Below, in pieces: positions 1 to 15,264 of a stretch of DNA of 64,000 nt; the stretch's first letter is position 1; every line of letters begins with the position of its first letter. Made by a program: the position numbers and the translations under genes. Source of the stretch: Rebecca billardiae RCC1528 (Eukaryota; Protista; Haptophyta); contig OZ251228.1 of NCBI GenBank assembly GCA_965240325.2, positions 124,001 through 188,000 of the forward strand, written 5' to 3'. A model generated the notes under the pieces. That model saw only the letters and a program-made list of their open reading frames with translations, was not told the DNA's origin and made no database searches.

Positions 1-271
1 GCGTTGAGCGGGCGGTGATCAGGGCCCCCCCGCTTGCCGCCGGCCCGGGCGGCCAGCCGGCTGATCAGAAGGCGGTCCGGGGGCTCATCCCGACTTATTG
101 CGCGCGATTAGTGGGGCAGTCCGGAAGCCAACGACCTTCTCATTCGTCGGCTTCTCAGATTCAGGCGAGCTCAATAATTGCCGGACCACCCCGAGCAATA
201 CCCGGCCTATGATGAGTACAAACGGCGCCGTATCTGTCTTGCAAGTACGGGTAACGGGGGTACCGTCGTCA

Positions 272-1018
272 TCAGAAGAGCTCGGGCAGCGCGCGCGGCA
301 GGTCGTGGATCGACGCGATGCTCGCGTCTACCTCCTCGGCGAGCCCGTGCGCGGCGGGGCCGCACGCGACGGCGCGCCAGCCCGCAAGCTTGGCGCCGCG
401 AAGGTTGGCCGGCGCGTCGTCGACGAGGATGCACGCGCCCGGCGGCGGCGGCGCGCCGTCCGCGCCCGCCGCGAGTGCGCGCGCCGCGGCGAGGGCCTCG
501 GCCGAGTGCTTCGCGGCGAAGCCGACGGCGCGCACGTCGATGATCGGCCGGTGCTTCACGGCGAGCAACTCCGCCACGCCGAGCGCCTCCAGGCAGCGCT
601 GCGCGTGCGACGCGGTCGATGCCGTGTACACGCGCACGTCGCACGCGGCGCGCGCCGCGAGCCGCCGCAGCAGCTCGGCGAGCCTCTCGTCGCGGCCAAA
701 GGCGAGCGGCACCGCGTGCGTCGTCTCGAGGAAGTGCTGCGCGTCGTGCGCAATCCCCTCGGCGCGCAGCCCGCGCAGGCACGTGCCGTGCGTGCGGTAC
801 AGCTCGACCGCGCGCGCGCGCGGCACCCCGAGCTGCTCGGTGCAGTAGGCGAGGATGGACGCGTGCAGCGCGGCCTGCGTGCGCCCGCCGTCGTCGTAGA
901 GCGTGTCGTCGACGTCGAGGAAGAGCGTCGGCCGGTGCGCGCCCGCGGGGGTGGCCAGGCGCCGCGCCGCGCCCGTGAGGCGCCGCGCCACCGCCGCCGG
1001 CGCGGCCGCGGCAGCCAT
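272..1018 (-). CDS. HAD-superfamily hydrolase, pyrimidine 5'-nucleotidase (SDT1-like)
   Basis: Motif I LFLDVDDTLY; 'LYRTHGTCLRGL' cap typical of the SDT1 family; motif IV ILVDD..NL..AK.AGW. Intronless; ATG at 1018. Confidence 0.85.
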   Translation of the reverse strand: MAAAAAPAAVARRLTGAARRLATPAGAHRPTLFLDVDDTLYDDGGRTQAALHASILAYCTEQLGVPRARAVELYRTHGTCLRGLRAEGIAHDAQHFLETTHAVPLAFGRDERLAELLRRLAARAACDVRVYTASTASHAQRCLEALGVAELLAVKHRPIIDVRAVGFAAKHSAEALAAARALAAGADGAPPPPGACILVDDAPANLRGAKLAGWRAVACGPAAHGLAEEVDASIASIHDLPRALPELF

Positions 1019-1212
1019 CACGACGAGCCGTCTTTCTTATAGTTTCTTTATTGGCCGCCGCCGCCGCCGGGAAGTTCAATACTTCAATTCAGGAGTTTTT
1101 TAAAAATCCATCACGTTCGCGGTTCGACCTTCGACGAGGACCTCGAACCTGACGACAGCCCTTGAAACCAAATTGAAACGCTCCGCGGCCGAGTCGAGCG
1201 TCGTCGGGGGCC

Positions 1213-4200
1213 ATGAGCGCGCTGGACGACGTCGACTTTGAGCTGTGCGTGCGGCACGCGGAGGTGCGGCGCACGTGGGACACGTTTGGCCCGCGCACCG
1301 CCCTCCTCCTCACCCGCTTCGCCGAGCGCGTCGAGGCCCTCGGCGTCCACGCCCTCCGCGACGACGAGCTGCGGCTCGTGGTGGACACGATCCGACGCGT
1401 CGAGCCCACGCAGTGGCCGGAGGCGCACTCGCGCTGGGCCGCGCGCGCGCTCGTGCGCACGTGGCTCACCGACGCGTACGGCGTCCTCGCGCAGGCGCGC
1501 GAGCTCGTCGCCGACGACCCCGCCGACGAGAACACCGACGCAAGCAACGCGCGCCGGCCCGCGCTGCTGAGCGCGCCGGAGAGGCTGGCGCCGCCCAAGC
1601 TGCGCGAGGCGCTGGCGCCCTTCTACGCGAAGGGGGTCGACCGGCTGCCCGCGACCGACCTCCGCGCCGTCGCGCGCGCCGTCGCGTGGATCACGCGCAC
1701 CGAGCCGCCCACGACCGCCAAGCAGCAGCGGCGCATGGTGGCAGATTGGGTCCTCGCAGCGCGGGCGCCCCCCGCCCCCGGCGCAGCCGCGGCCGGCGCT
1801 GCGGCCGCGGCGGGCGCGCCGCGCAGGGCCGAGCAGGAGCGATCGGCTGTGCCGCTCGGCGCTGGTGCCGCGCCGCGCTCCGGCCCGGCGGCGCGGCCGA
1901 CGGCGCGCGCGGCCGAGCGCGCCGCGGCAGGCGGTGCGCCGCGAGGCGGTGTGAGCTTCGTGGTGGACGTGCGCGGCGCGGGGCAGGCGGCGGCCGAGGC
2001 GCACGCGCGCTCGCCACCGGCGGAGCTCCCGGCGCCGCGCGCCGACGTCGACGCGGCGGCGCCGGCCGCCGCACCGGCCGCACCGCGCGCCGAGCGCGCG
2101 GCCGCCAAGGGCGCGCCGACGGCCGGCGGTCCGGAGCCGGAGCCGTGCGGCGTGGAGGCGGAGCTGTGCAGTCCGGAGGCGGAGCTGTGCGGCGTGGAGG
2201 GCGACGCGCTCTCGGCGATGCTCGTGTGCCCGGGCGTGGCGCTCTCGCACGTGCACTGGCGCACGCTCGGCGCGCTCGGCCAGCTCAACCGCGCGTGGCG
2301 CGCGTGGCGCGCGCAGCCGGCCGCGTGGCGCGCGCTCTGCGCCGCCATCGCGCGCGACGAATCGCTCTACTGCCCCGCGCTGCCGCCCGCGCCGCCGGGC
2401 ACGCGCGCGGCGGAGGGTGCTGCGCGCTGGTCCAAGCTGTTCTGGGAGGCGCTGTACCCCGCGCGCCACGCGTGGCGCGCGCAGCACGCCCACCCGGACG
2501 GCGGCGCCGCGCCCGGACCGCGCCCCGTCGAGCGGCTCAAGATGGAGGTGGCGGTGCGGCTCAAGCCGGGCGCGCAGGCGCGGGGCGCGGCGCTGCGGCT
2601 GCCGCTGCACCAGCGGCTGCGCATGCGCGCGCCGGGCGAGCTGCTCGACGCGTCGTCCGCGCAGGTCAGCGTCGACGCTCTGCGCGGCGCGGGGCTCCTC
2701 GCCGCCGGCGCCGAGCTCCCACCGGACGTCCTGGCCGCGCTGCTCGAGGCGCGCGCGCTCGACTTTTGCGGCGCGGCCGCGCGGCGCGGCGCCGAGCCGC
2801 GGCGGGCGCGCGGCGCGGGCGAGGCGGAGGGCGAGGGCGGCGAGGCGGCGGCGGCGGGCGAGGACGGCGCGGAGGCGGCGGGCGGTGCCGCAGCAGCCGC
2901 CGACCACGCCGCCGCCGCCGCCGCCCTCCACGCCGCCGCCGCCGAGGCCGGCGCGCCTCGCGAGACGGCGGGCGCGCCCGCCGCCGCCGCCGCCGGCTCC
3001 GGCGACGAGGCGGATGCGGAGGAGACGGGCGCGCGGCGTGGCGGCGCGGGCGGCGCGGCGCGCGTGCTGCTGGCCGAGGCGGGGCGCATCGTGCTCTACT
3101 ACCCCGGCGTGGGCATCCGCCCGTTCCGCTTCGCCGCCGTCTGGGACGGCGCCGCCTCGCAGGCGGCCGTGTACGAGGGCTGCGCGCGCGCCGCGGTGTG
3201 CGCGGCGCTCAACGGGCTGAACGCTTGCGTGCTCCTGTACGGGCAGACGGGCTCGGGCAAGACGCACACCTGCTTCGGCCCGCCGGGCGTGCTCGAGCCC
3301 GACGCGCTGCGCGGCGCGGCCGAGGCGGCGGCGAACGCGCCGCGCGGCCGCGCCGCGCTGCCGGAGCAATGGGGCCTCGCGCTCCGCGCCGCCGCCGAGC
3401 TGATGGCCGAGGCGGCCGCGCCCTCCGTCCCCTCGGTGCGCACGGCGGTGAGCGTGCAGTACGTGCAGGTGTACGGGGACAGCATCTTCGACCTGCTCGG
3501 CGACCGGCCCGCCGGCCTGCGGCAGGCGTGCGCGACGGACGGCGGCGGCGGCGGCGTGCGCGTGAGCGCGGACGAGCTGCCGTGCACCGACCTCGCCGCC
3601 CTCCTCCGCCTCCTCTCCGCGGGCGAGGCGCGCAAGCGGTACCGAGCGACCGCGATGAACGAGCGCTCGTCGCGCGCGCACACGCTGCTCATCCTGCACG
3701 TCGCGCGCGCGCACGAGGCCAGCGGCGCGCTCACGCGCTCGCAGCTGCACATCGTCGACCTCGCGGGCTCCGAGCAGCTCAAGCTCTCGCGCGCGAGCGG
3801 CGCGGGCCGCGCCGAGGCGATCGCGATCAACCGCTCCCTGCTCTGCCTCGGGCAGGTGATCAGCGCGCTGCAGCAGGAGCGCGCGCACGTGCCCTTCCGC
3901 GAGAGCGCGCTCACCATGCTGCTGCGCGGCTCGCTCGGCGGCTCGTCGCGCACGACGGTGTGCGTGACCGCGCCGACCGCGGACAAGCACGCCGCACAGA
4001 CGTACCATGCGCTCTCCTTTGGCGAGCGCTGCTCGCTCGTGACGACCGCCGCGAGCGTCGAGGTGGGCTCGCTCGCCGAGGCGCTGGCCGCCATCGACGA
4101 CGCGCTCGCGCGCTGCGACGCGAGCCTCGGCGCGCTGCGCGCGCGCGGCCTCGAAGACTCGGCGGGCGCGCGCAAGCTGCGCGAGCGCGCGGCCGAGCTC

Positions 4201-4260
4201 GGCCAGAAGCGCGCCGCGCTCGCGCCGCCAGGCCATCCGCATCGCCATCGGATTCCGTGA
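1213..4260 (+). CDS. Kinesin-family motor protein (C-terminal motor) with an upstream F-box-like segment
   Basis: VAVRLKP first strand, P-loop YGQTGSGKT, switch I MNERSSRAH, switch II DLAGSE, INRSLLCLGQVI, HVPFRESALTMLLRGSLGG. One 1015-aa ORF. Confidence 0.9.
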   Translation: MSALDDVDFELCVRHAEVRRTWDTFGPRTALLLTRFAERVEALGVHALRDDELRLVVDTIRRVEPTQWPEAHSRWAARALVRTWLTDAYGVLAQARELVADDPADENTDASNARRPALLSAPERLAPPKLREALAPFYAKGVDRLPATDLRAVARAVAWITRTEPPTTAKQQRRMVADWVLAARAPPAPGAAAAGAAAAAGAPRRAEQERSAVPLGAGAAPRSGPAARPTARAAERAAAGGAPRGGVSFVVDVRGAGQAAAEAHARSPPAELPAPRADVDAAAPAAAPAAPRAERAAAKGAPTAGGPEPEPCGVEAELCSPEAELCGVEGDALSAMLVCPGVALSHVHWRTLGALGQLNRAWRAWRAQPAAWRALCAAIARDESLYCPALPPAPPGTRAAEGAARWSKLFWEALYPARHAWRAQHAHPDGGAAPGPRPVERLKMEVAVRLKPGAQARGAALRLPLHQRLRMRAPGELLDASSAQVSVDALRGAGLLAAGAELPPDVLAALLEARALDFCGAAARRGAEPRRARGAGEAEGEGGEAAAAGEDGAEAAGGAAAAADHAAAAAALHAAAAEAGAPRETAGAPAAAAAGSGDEADAEETGARRGGAGGAARVLLAEAGRIVLYYPGVGIRPFRFAAVWDGAASQAAVYEGCARAAVCAALNGLNACVLLYGQTGSGKTHTCFGPPGVLEPDALRGAAEAAANAPRGRAALPEQWGLALRAAAELMAEAAAPSVPSVRTAVSVQYVQVYGDSIFDLLGDRPAGLRQACATDGGGGGVRVSADELPCTDLAALLRLLSAGEARKRYRATAMNERSSRAHTLLILHVARAHEASGALTRSQLHIVDLAGSEQLKLSRASGAGRAEAIAINRSLLCLGQVISALQQERAHVPFRESALTMLLRGSLGGSSRTTVCVTAPTADKHAAQTYHALSFGERCSLVTTAASVEVGSLAEALAAIDDALARCDASLGALRARGLEDSAGARKLRERAAELGQKRAALAPPGHPHRHRIP

Positions 4261-5845
4261 CGCGATCACGCGACGTACTAGTCGTACTACTACTAGTACT
4301 ACCCGCTACCGAGACCGAGTTAGAGTACCGACGGCTACCGTTCGTGAACGTATCAACTATCATCTCATCACATCTACTCATCATCTAGGATCATATCATC
4401 AGTATATACATCTCGTCAGACTCAGTCTGATGAGTCTCAGAGTCAGACTCAGTCGTCAGTGTCGCCTGATGTCGTCAGACGGTCGTGACCCTGGACTCTG
4501 GAGACAGCAGACTGGTCACTGGAGCCGGCGGCGGCGGCGCGCCTGGGCGGGCCCCTGGGCCCGGCGCCGCTGAGCTGCAGCCTCGGCTGGCACGGCTTGC
4601 TGCTCACATGCTGTCGCTGTCGCTGAGTCGTAGTGATGACTGTGTCTATGAGACGTAGTAGTGATGATGTGACGAGCCGCTGACGACGACCGACTCGCGG
4701 TCTCGCTTACTCTCGGAGCCGCGAGACCCACACTAACTACGTCTACTGCTCCGACGACTGCTCGACGATGCTCCCGTACTCTGAACTTGAAGGCTTCACA
4801 CTGATTCCGGTAAGGGTAACGTCGTCGTCGTGCGCGCTGAGCGACGGTCAGACCCCGCCAGAGGTGGAGACGATTCAGGCCGAGAGCAAAATTGTTCACT
4901 TGGTGTCGGTTTGCTCAGTCCGTGCGGCTAAGCCGCGCCAGACGCGACTGAGACGGTCGCCGGCCCGGCGGCCGCTGAGTCGCCGGGGTCTGTCGGCACT
5001 GATGACAACGACGGTACTCCGTGATGCACGCTGATGGGACCGAGCCGCTGGCAGCGGGCGGGACATGCAGGCCTAGCTCCACATGGCAGTAGCTGGGCGC
5101 GTGGCATCTGCGATGGAGTCGATGGGGTTCTGCTTGCGCCACCCTGGCTGACGCAGTGACGGCCAGCCGCGCATGCGCACGCGTGTGCACTGCCAACCCT
5201 GGCTGCAGGGGGGCATGTGACGAGCCCAAGCTGCGAGCGTAGCATAGCACGGATCTCGGTGTGCCTCGATGCCGGGCTGCAGCCGATCGCTCTCTCCTCT
5301 GGCGGTCCCTCGAGCCCCGCGCGTATCGTGCGCGTGACGACCGGCCGCCGAGCGGCGACGGGCGTGTGGCGACGCTGCGCGAGAGCGGCGCCTGCGCGCT
5401 GTGCGTGCCCAACAACTATCGGCGCGGCCTGACGGTGTCGGGCACGGGGCCGCATCAGCGACGCCGCGGCTGCTCCCCCACGCGCCGGCGAAGGCGCGAG
5501 GGGTGCGGGCCGGCGCGCGCACACTACACGCAACAGGCCCACAATGGCGCCTCGCAAAGCCGCCAGGGAGTCGCCCCCCGCGCGCGTGCGACGCTCACTT
5601 ACCTGGGTCGATCTCGCGACGCTCAATCAGCTCGCAGGTGTGTCGCATGGAGTCAGCATTGCACAGAGCTCCCTCCACGGCGCTGTCTTCCCTCCGGGGG
5701 AGGCACTGACCAGAGTTTGTTAAGGGGTCAAGCGTTCGCGCTCAACCCACATAACCCACGAATAGCGAGCCTGACGAGATAGGTGAAAGAAGTCACCTGG
5801 AAGTGCTGTTGCTGGCCGTGACGAGGTCCTCCGCTGCGGCGGTGA

Positions 5846-9283
<3,438 letters not shown>

Positions 9284-10082
9284 GCGCGCGCCCACCGCCC
9301 TCGGCCGGCGGCCGGCCTCGGCCCACGCGCGCGCGCGCACGCCCCCGGACGCCGCGGCCGAGTCGGCGGCCGTCGGGTGCGCGCGCGTGTGGCTCACGGG
9401 CGCAGACGTCGCCGCGGCTGCGCGCTCCGGCGCGCGTGCCGCCCGCCCGCGAGTACGCTTGAGCTCGGACCGTGCACTACGAAAAGAGGCGCGGGCCCGG
9501 GACTGACGCGGCGCACGCGCTCGCACGACTCTCATCTCACCGTCTCCGTCCGCTTACCGGCCCCACAAGGCTCGATCTCTCTGCCGCGCGCGCCGCGCAT
9601 CATTGCGCGCGTATACTGACTACTGTCGTAACGCGTGGCACCACACTCTGCGCTTCATCCTGGCGACGAAGCCGCCTGTTCGCCCGCCTGTTATTCTATG
9701 ATGCCTCCGTCATCGGATTCAAATTTCAATCCAGGTCGGGGTCCCTCCCAACTGATTACTGTCAAATACTGAACTGGGGCGACGATATTCTGCCTCTGGC
9801 GCACTCAGAATGGCGGCGTCCTATAGATTTCGTCTCTCACCCAGAATCGACGCGCGTAATTTTTCACGGCGGCCACTGCGATGCCAGCGTGTGAGCGGGC
9901 CCCGCCAGGCGCCAGCGCCAGCGGCAGCGGGCGCGGCGCGGATCAGTCATTCACTGCAGATCACTCATCAGCCCGTCGTCACCGTCGCCGCCGGTCCGGC
10001 GACACTCACGTCAGGCCGCAGCCGCCGACGGCGGACGGGCCGTGATCAAATGTCGCGCATCAATGATCAACGACTGCGCTGG

Positions 10083-12247
10083 TCACTTGATCATCATGCG
10101 CCCGAAGAAGGTGTGATTGCCCTGCGCCTGCGGCGGTGCCGACGCTTGCCTCTGCGCCGGCGCCGGCGCCGGCGCGGCTGCGCGTGCCGCAGCTGCGTGC
10201 GGCGCGGCCCCGGGCGCGGGCGGCGGCGCAGAGGCTGGTGCCGCGGCCACGCGCGGCCGCTCCGGTGGTGCCGACTGCGGCCTGGCTGGGCTGGCGGCGG
10301 CAGCGCCGCCTCCGCCACGCCTCGGGAAGAGCGACAGCCGCGCGGCGGGCGGGTTGTTGCCCGAGCTGCTCGCGCCGCGCTGAGCAGCGCCTGGCGGCGC
10401 GGCGGCGGTAGAGGCGGTGGCGGCCACCGCGGCCCTCGGCGGCTGGGCGGGCGCGGCGCTCGTCGCCGGCGGCGGCGGCCCACGCTGCCGCGGCGCGGTC
10501 GGCGCCACGGCGGGCGCCGCGCCGGGCGCCGCGGCGGGCGCCGCCGCCAGCGCACCCCGCGCCGACGCGCCGCCAGCCGACCTGCTGCGCGCGACGCGCA
10601 CCTCGTTGAGTGAGAGCCCGCGCGGCTTGGGCGGCGGCTGGCGGCGGCCGCGCCCGCTCGCCGAGTAGGCGCGCAGCTTGCCCCAGTGCGCGCTCGCCGC
10701 CTCCCGCTCCTTGTCCACGTGCGAGCTGAGCCCGAGCCTCGCGCCCAGGTTGTGGCACGCGCGCACAACCGAGAACCAGCGCGGGAAGATGTACACCCCG
10801 CCCACCGATCGCTCGTGCGGCAGCTGCTGCACGGGCGCGAGGTGCGTGCGCAGGCGCACGTAGTAGAGGCCGATGAAGAGGACCAGCACCACCTGCCCGC
10901 CCAGCCAGCTGAGCAGGAAGAAGAACGCGATGGACTCGTCCACCTGCGTCGCCTGCTCGAACGTGTAGCTGCCATGTGTGTGCAGCCACGTGAGCGCAAA
11001 GTTCTCCACCGCGATGGCGATCAGGAAGATGAAGCACATGAACATGTACTGCCAAGCGACACACGCCGCCGGCGCGCGCGGCGCGGCGCGCGGCGCCGGG
11101 CGCGTGAGCCGCGCGCTCGGGGCGGGGGTGGAGGGTGCGCGCCGCTCTCGATCGGTCGCAGCTCGGGCGCGGCGGCGCGGCCCGCGCGCGCGCGAACGCA
11201 CGCACGCGCACACGCACACACACGCACACACACACACACACACACACCCGCACACGCACACACACGCACACACACGCACACACACGCACACACACGCACA
11301 CACACGCACACACACGCACACTGAGGGAGCACACGCGCACGTACCCAGTCGAGCAGAGTGAAGTAGGACACCTTCGGGATCAGGTCGGCGACGGTGAACT
11401 TGAAGGCCATCTCGGTGAGCAGCAGCGTGAAGTTGGTCGCGACGCGGTCGGCGAGGTTGTCCACCGGGATCCCGTACGCGATCAGCCCGAGCGTGGAGAG
11501 GAGAAAGTTGATGAGCATCACGTTCCAGATGTAGAAGGCGGGCTCGCGCGACACCTGCACGCGGATGGCGGCGCTCGCGCGGCCCTGCTCGTTGACGTAG
11601 CACTCGAGCGGGAGCGGCTCGTGCAGCGTCCACTCGGCGATCTTGCGCTCCTGCAGGTTGAGCGAGCCCGCCATCGGGCGCAGCCGGCGGTAGTACCACT
11701 CGGTGCGCAGCACGATCCGCAGCTCTTGCGCGTCAAACGGGAAATTGAACAGCACCTGGATCAGGCGGATCGTGCCGCGGTAGCGCTGCTCCCAGCGCAC
11801 GATGCCCGGCGGGTCGGACGGGTCGAGGGAGATGATGGGCTGCTCGCATGGCTCCGCGTCGATCGAGTTGGCGATCGTGATGAACGGGATGCTCGCGAGG
11901 TTCTCGTCGTTGAGGAAGACGCGGTGCTGGGCGGAGCGCTTGTGCACGGTCGTCAGGTCGACCAGCCGCATCTCGAGCTTGAAGTCGACGTGGAAGGAGC
12001 GCGAGACGGCCTCGATCGCGTGGATCGAGTAGATCGTGTACCGCATGTACACCACCCGCGACGCGCCCACCTCTCGCGCCAGATCGCCCGCGATGTCGCG
12101 CGCGCGCTTCGCGCAGCCCTCCCGGTAGTGCGCCTGGATGATGTGCGCGGCCATGTGCTCCTCGGCGGAGGGCTCGGGCCGCGCGCGGCGCGGCCCGCTC
12201 GGCCGCTTGGACGCGCGCCGCGCGCGCCGGTCGGTCACGCGATGCAT
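10083..12247 (-). CDS. Pentameric ligand-gated ion channel, Cys-less (Pro-loop) type
   Basis: Ligand-binding-domain motifs 'SFHVDFKLEM', 'RYRGTI..FNFPFDAQEL'; pre-M1 'SREPAFYIWNV'; M2 'DRVATNFTLLLT'; 'PKVSYFTLLDW/YM' M3; M4. One GT-AG intron 11049-11344. Start codon uncertain (12247 or a downstream Met). Confidence 0.85.
11197..11321. repeat. (CA)n/(CACG)n microsatellite inside the channel-gene intron
   Basis: Directly visible cacacacg repeats. Confidence 0.9.
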
Positions 12248-12442
12248 GCCCGCGCTCGGCCCGTCAGCTGCTGGGTGGAGAGCTCCGATGGCGGTCGGTC
12301 GATGGTGGCCGTCAGCTAAAAAACTTGCGCTTGATGTCAAAAAAGAGCCAGGCGCGGAGACGCGCACGCACGAGCTCGCGATCTCAACAAGTCGCTCGCT
12401 TTCTTGCAACGGCTGGAGAGCTTCGCGCTGGAACCTACGGCG

Positions 12443-13410
12443 ATGGTTGCGGTCGCCCGCGCGAGGCGCGCGCCGCGCCCCCTCCTCGCCGCCGTCCTGC
12501 TGATCGGCGCGTGCGCCGGGCAGGACAGCAGCCCGGGGCCCCGTCCCACCACATACGCCGCGCTCGTCGCCAACACCTCGCGCCTGCTCGCCGAGCCGGG
12601 CGTGCGCGCGGGCGGCGCCGTGCTCGCAGAGCAGCGGCGGGTGCTGGCCGCGGCCGCGCCGTTCTGGCGCGCGGCGCGGCAGCCGCGGTGCTCGCTCGCG
12701 CCCGGCCCCGCGGCGGGGTCGTACAACCTGCGCGGCGACCACACCATGTACACCCGATGGCTCGCGTGGGCCGCGGCCGCCGAGCTGCCCGGCGCGGTGT
12801 ACGTGCCTCTGCCGTGGCACTTCATCCTGGAGGAGTGCGCGCGCGGCAAGCAGCTGCCCGAGCTGGCGCAGGCGGCGATGCAGCTGGTGGGCGGGCTGCG
12901 GCTGGCGGAGTTCCCGCACGTGCTCACGCTGATGCAGGCCTCGCTGTGGCAGCTCGAGGAGCTCACCGCCTTGTCGGTGCCGGGCGTGGGCGGCAAGCCC
13001 GCCAAGCCGGGCGCGCGCGCCGGCAGCAGGCGCGGCGGCGCCGTGCGCGCGCACCCGGCGTACACGCGCCTCGCGCAGGGCGTGGCGCTGGTCTTCGACG
13101 CGCGCGGCACGCTGCCGCGCGCGGTGCAGCCGCGCGCGAGGCCCATCCCGCTCCTCTACGACGCGGCGCGGCCGCTCGTCCCGCCCGAGCGCAAGCGGGC
13201 AGACGTCATGTTCGCTGGCACGTGCACGTCACCCGCGCGGTGCGCGCTCAGCCGTGCGCTGTACGACGCGCGAGGCGCGCCGACCGCCGCGTTCCGCGCG
13301 AGCGTGCGCAGGGCGCCGAGGGCGCGCGCGCTGTCGTGGGCGCTCGTGCAGCCGTGCCTGCCCTTCATCCTGCCCAACTCGCGCGCGGCGCGCGCCTCCG
13401 AGCATCGCTC

Positions 13411-13442
<32 letters not shown>

Positions 13443-14071
13443 CGGGCGTCGCGACAGCGTCTGCCAAGCGCGCCGCGCGCGGCGGCGGCAGCGCTGGCGG
13501 CGCCAAGCGGCCGAGCCACCGGCGGCGGCGGCTCGCGACGCCGGCTGCCGCGCGCGCCTCGCGGCTGAGCGCCGACGCCTTCCGCGCGCGGCAGGGGCAA
13601 TGCACGTGGTTCATCGCGCCGCGCGGCACGTACCCGGCCTCGCTCAATATGTACGAGGCATTACAGGTGGGTACTTTACCCGTCCATATCTGGGCGTACG
13701 AGCCGAAGCAGCGGTGCCCGCCGTGCGACTGCGTGGACTGGCCGCGCGAGCGGCGGTGGACGGTGCCGCCGCCCGAGCCGTGGCACGCGCCGTGGCTCCC
13801 CTACGTTCGCGAGCTCGGCGTGGACTACTCGCGCATCGGGCTGGTTGTGCATGCCTCCGAGGTGGGCGGGCTGGTGGAGCGACTGCAGCGCGCGCACGCC
13901 AACGCGTCGGACGTGCGCGCGCGGCTGGCGCGCGCGGCGGAGCTGCGCCCGCTGTTCACGCCGGCGGGCGCGGCCGAGTTTGTGCGGCACGAGGTGGCCG
14001 AGCTCGTCTGGCGGAGGCTTCGCGCGGGGGGCGGCCTGCCGAGCGCCGCAAACGCCACGAGCCAGATCTGA
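12443..14071 (+). CDS. Exostosin-family glycosyltransferase (GT47-like), secretory/Golgi
   Basis: Hydrophobic signal 'PLLAAVLLIGACAG'; 'VMFAG'; GT47 motif 'WFIAPRGTYPASLNMYEALQVGTLPVHIW...WLPY...VDYS'. Confidence 0.75.
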
Positions 14072-14160
14072 TCCCGATGACTGATGGATTTTCCGCCATC
14101 AGGCGGTCAGGCGCGTACGCGACCGCTCGGGGAGCACGGGGCAGGCTCGACCAGCTGCTA

Positions 14161-14410
14161 CCAGCGGCTGAGACTGCCAGCTGACATCCGGACCTGCACC
14201 ATCGCCCTCGCTCGGGGCACAGCAGGGCCATGCGAGCCGCGCAGCGCAGGTGGATCGCGCTCCAGCAGCTCAAGGCCGCGCTCAAGCTTTACGATCGCGG
14301 TGCAGGCTATGCTCTGCCACCAACGCCGACTTCGTGTCGACGATCGGGCACTGCCGCCGACGAATCAGGAGACCCGCGTCGTCCTACCTGTGTCGTTAAA
14401 TCATAGAATG
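14161..14410 (+). mobile_element. Interspersed repeat family R1, copy 1 (SINE/LINE-3'-end-like)
   Basis: Matches 19731-19983 (reverse) and 40231-40374; common end CCTGTGTCGTTAAATCATAGAATG. Confidence 0.7.
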
Positions 14411-14652
14411 GGTCAGCAGGCCTGCCCATCACGTGCTTTCTAATTTCTTTCGTCCGGTCTTGGAGGGCTGTCCCTGCCCGCGATTCCGCGAAACGAGTCC
14501 GGACGGGCCGGGCCTAAAACAGTCCTGGGCCGCCGAACAGCGCGCGTCGAGCGGCTCGTCGTCGGGGAAGCCCGCCCGCCAAGCCCGCCTCAGCCTCGCG
14601 CGCGGCGTTGCCGGCCGCACACAAGAGCGCGCGCGCCGCACGCGAGACGTCG

Positions 14653-15233
14653 ATGGACCCGCACGGCCACCGTGGGCCGCCACCGCCGCCGCCCCAGGCC
14701 GGCGGCTATCCCCCGGCCCCCGGGCCTCCGCCAGGCGCGTATGGCGGGTACGGCGGCGGCGGCGACGGCTACGGCGGTGGCGGCTACGGCGGCGGCGGCT
14801 ACGGCGGCGGCGGTGGCGGGTACGGTGGCGGCGGGTACGGCGGCGGTGGTGGTGGCCCCGCCGGCGGCCACGACTACCGCTGCGAAGACCCGTCCGCCTG
14901 CCCGCCCGACATCACGGCGCGCGTCGATGAGATCCTGACCGAGCGCTTCACCGCAAAGATGCGCCGCGACTTCGACACGGCGGACAGGCTTCGCGTGCGC
15001 GCTCGCGCCGCGCGGTTGCGTCGTGCCGCGTGGTCCCACTCGCGCCCCGACGCCCGGGCTGCCGCCCGTCGCTGCGCGGAGGTGTTCGCACTGCGCGCCG
15101 CGTGCACACGCTGAGATGACGCGCGCCACGCGCCGCTGCCCGCGCCCGCGCGCCGCGCCACCGCTCGACCGCAGGACCAACTCAAGTCGATGGGCGTGAT
15201 GGTGTTTGACAAGGAGAAGACCTGGAAGTACAT

Positions 15234-15264
<31 letters not shown>

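Noticed and set aside
1115-1150. GGTTCGA T-loop-like motif suggesting a tRNA (also near 24821)
   Set aside because: No cloverleaf or acceptor stem can be formed; no tRNA, rRNA or snRNA recognised anywhere in the window.
1111-4388. 1000-aa overlapping ORFs in alternative frames (also 34402-35550, 56995-61086 and many others)
   Set aside because: Arg/Ala/Gly-rich shadow ORFs caused by stop-codon scarcity at very high GC; no motifs.
9620-9890. Lower-GC island between ATP2 and the channel gene
   Set aside because: No ORF homology, RNA motif or repeat partner recognised in the window.
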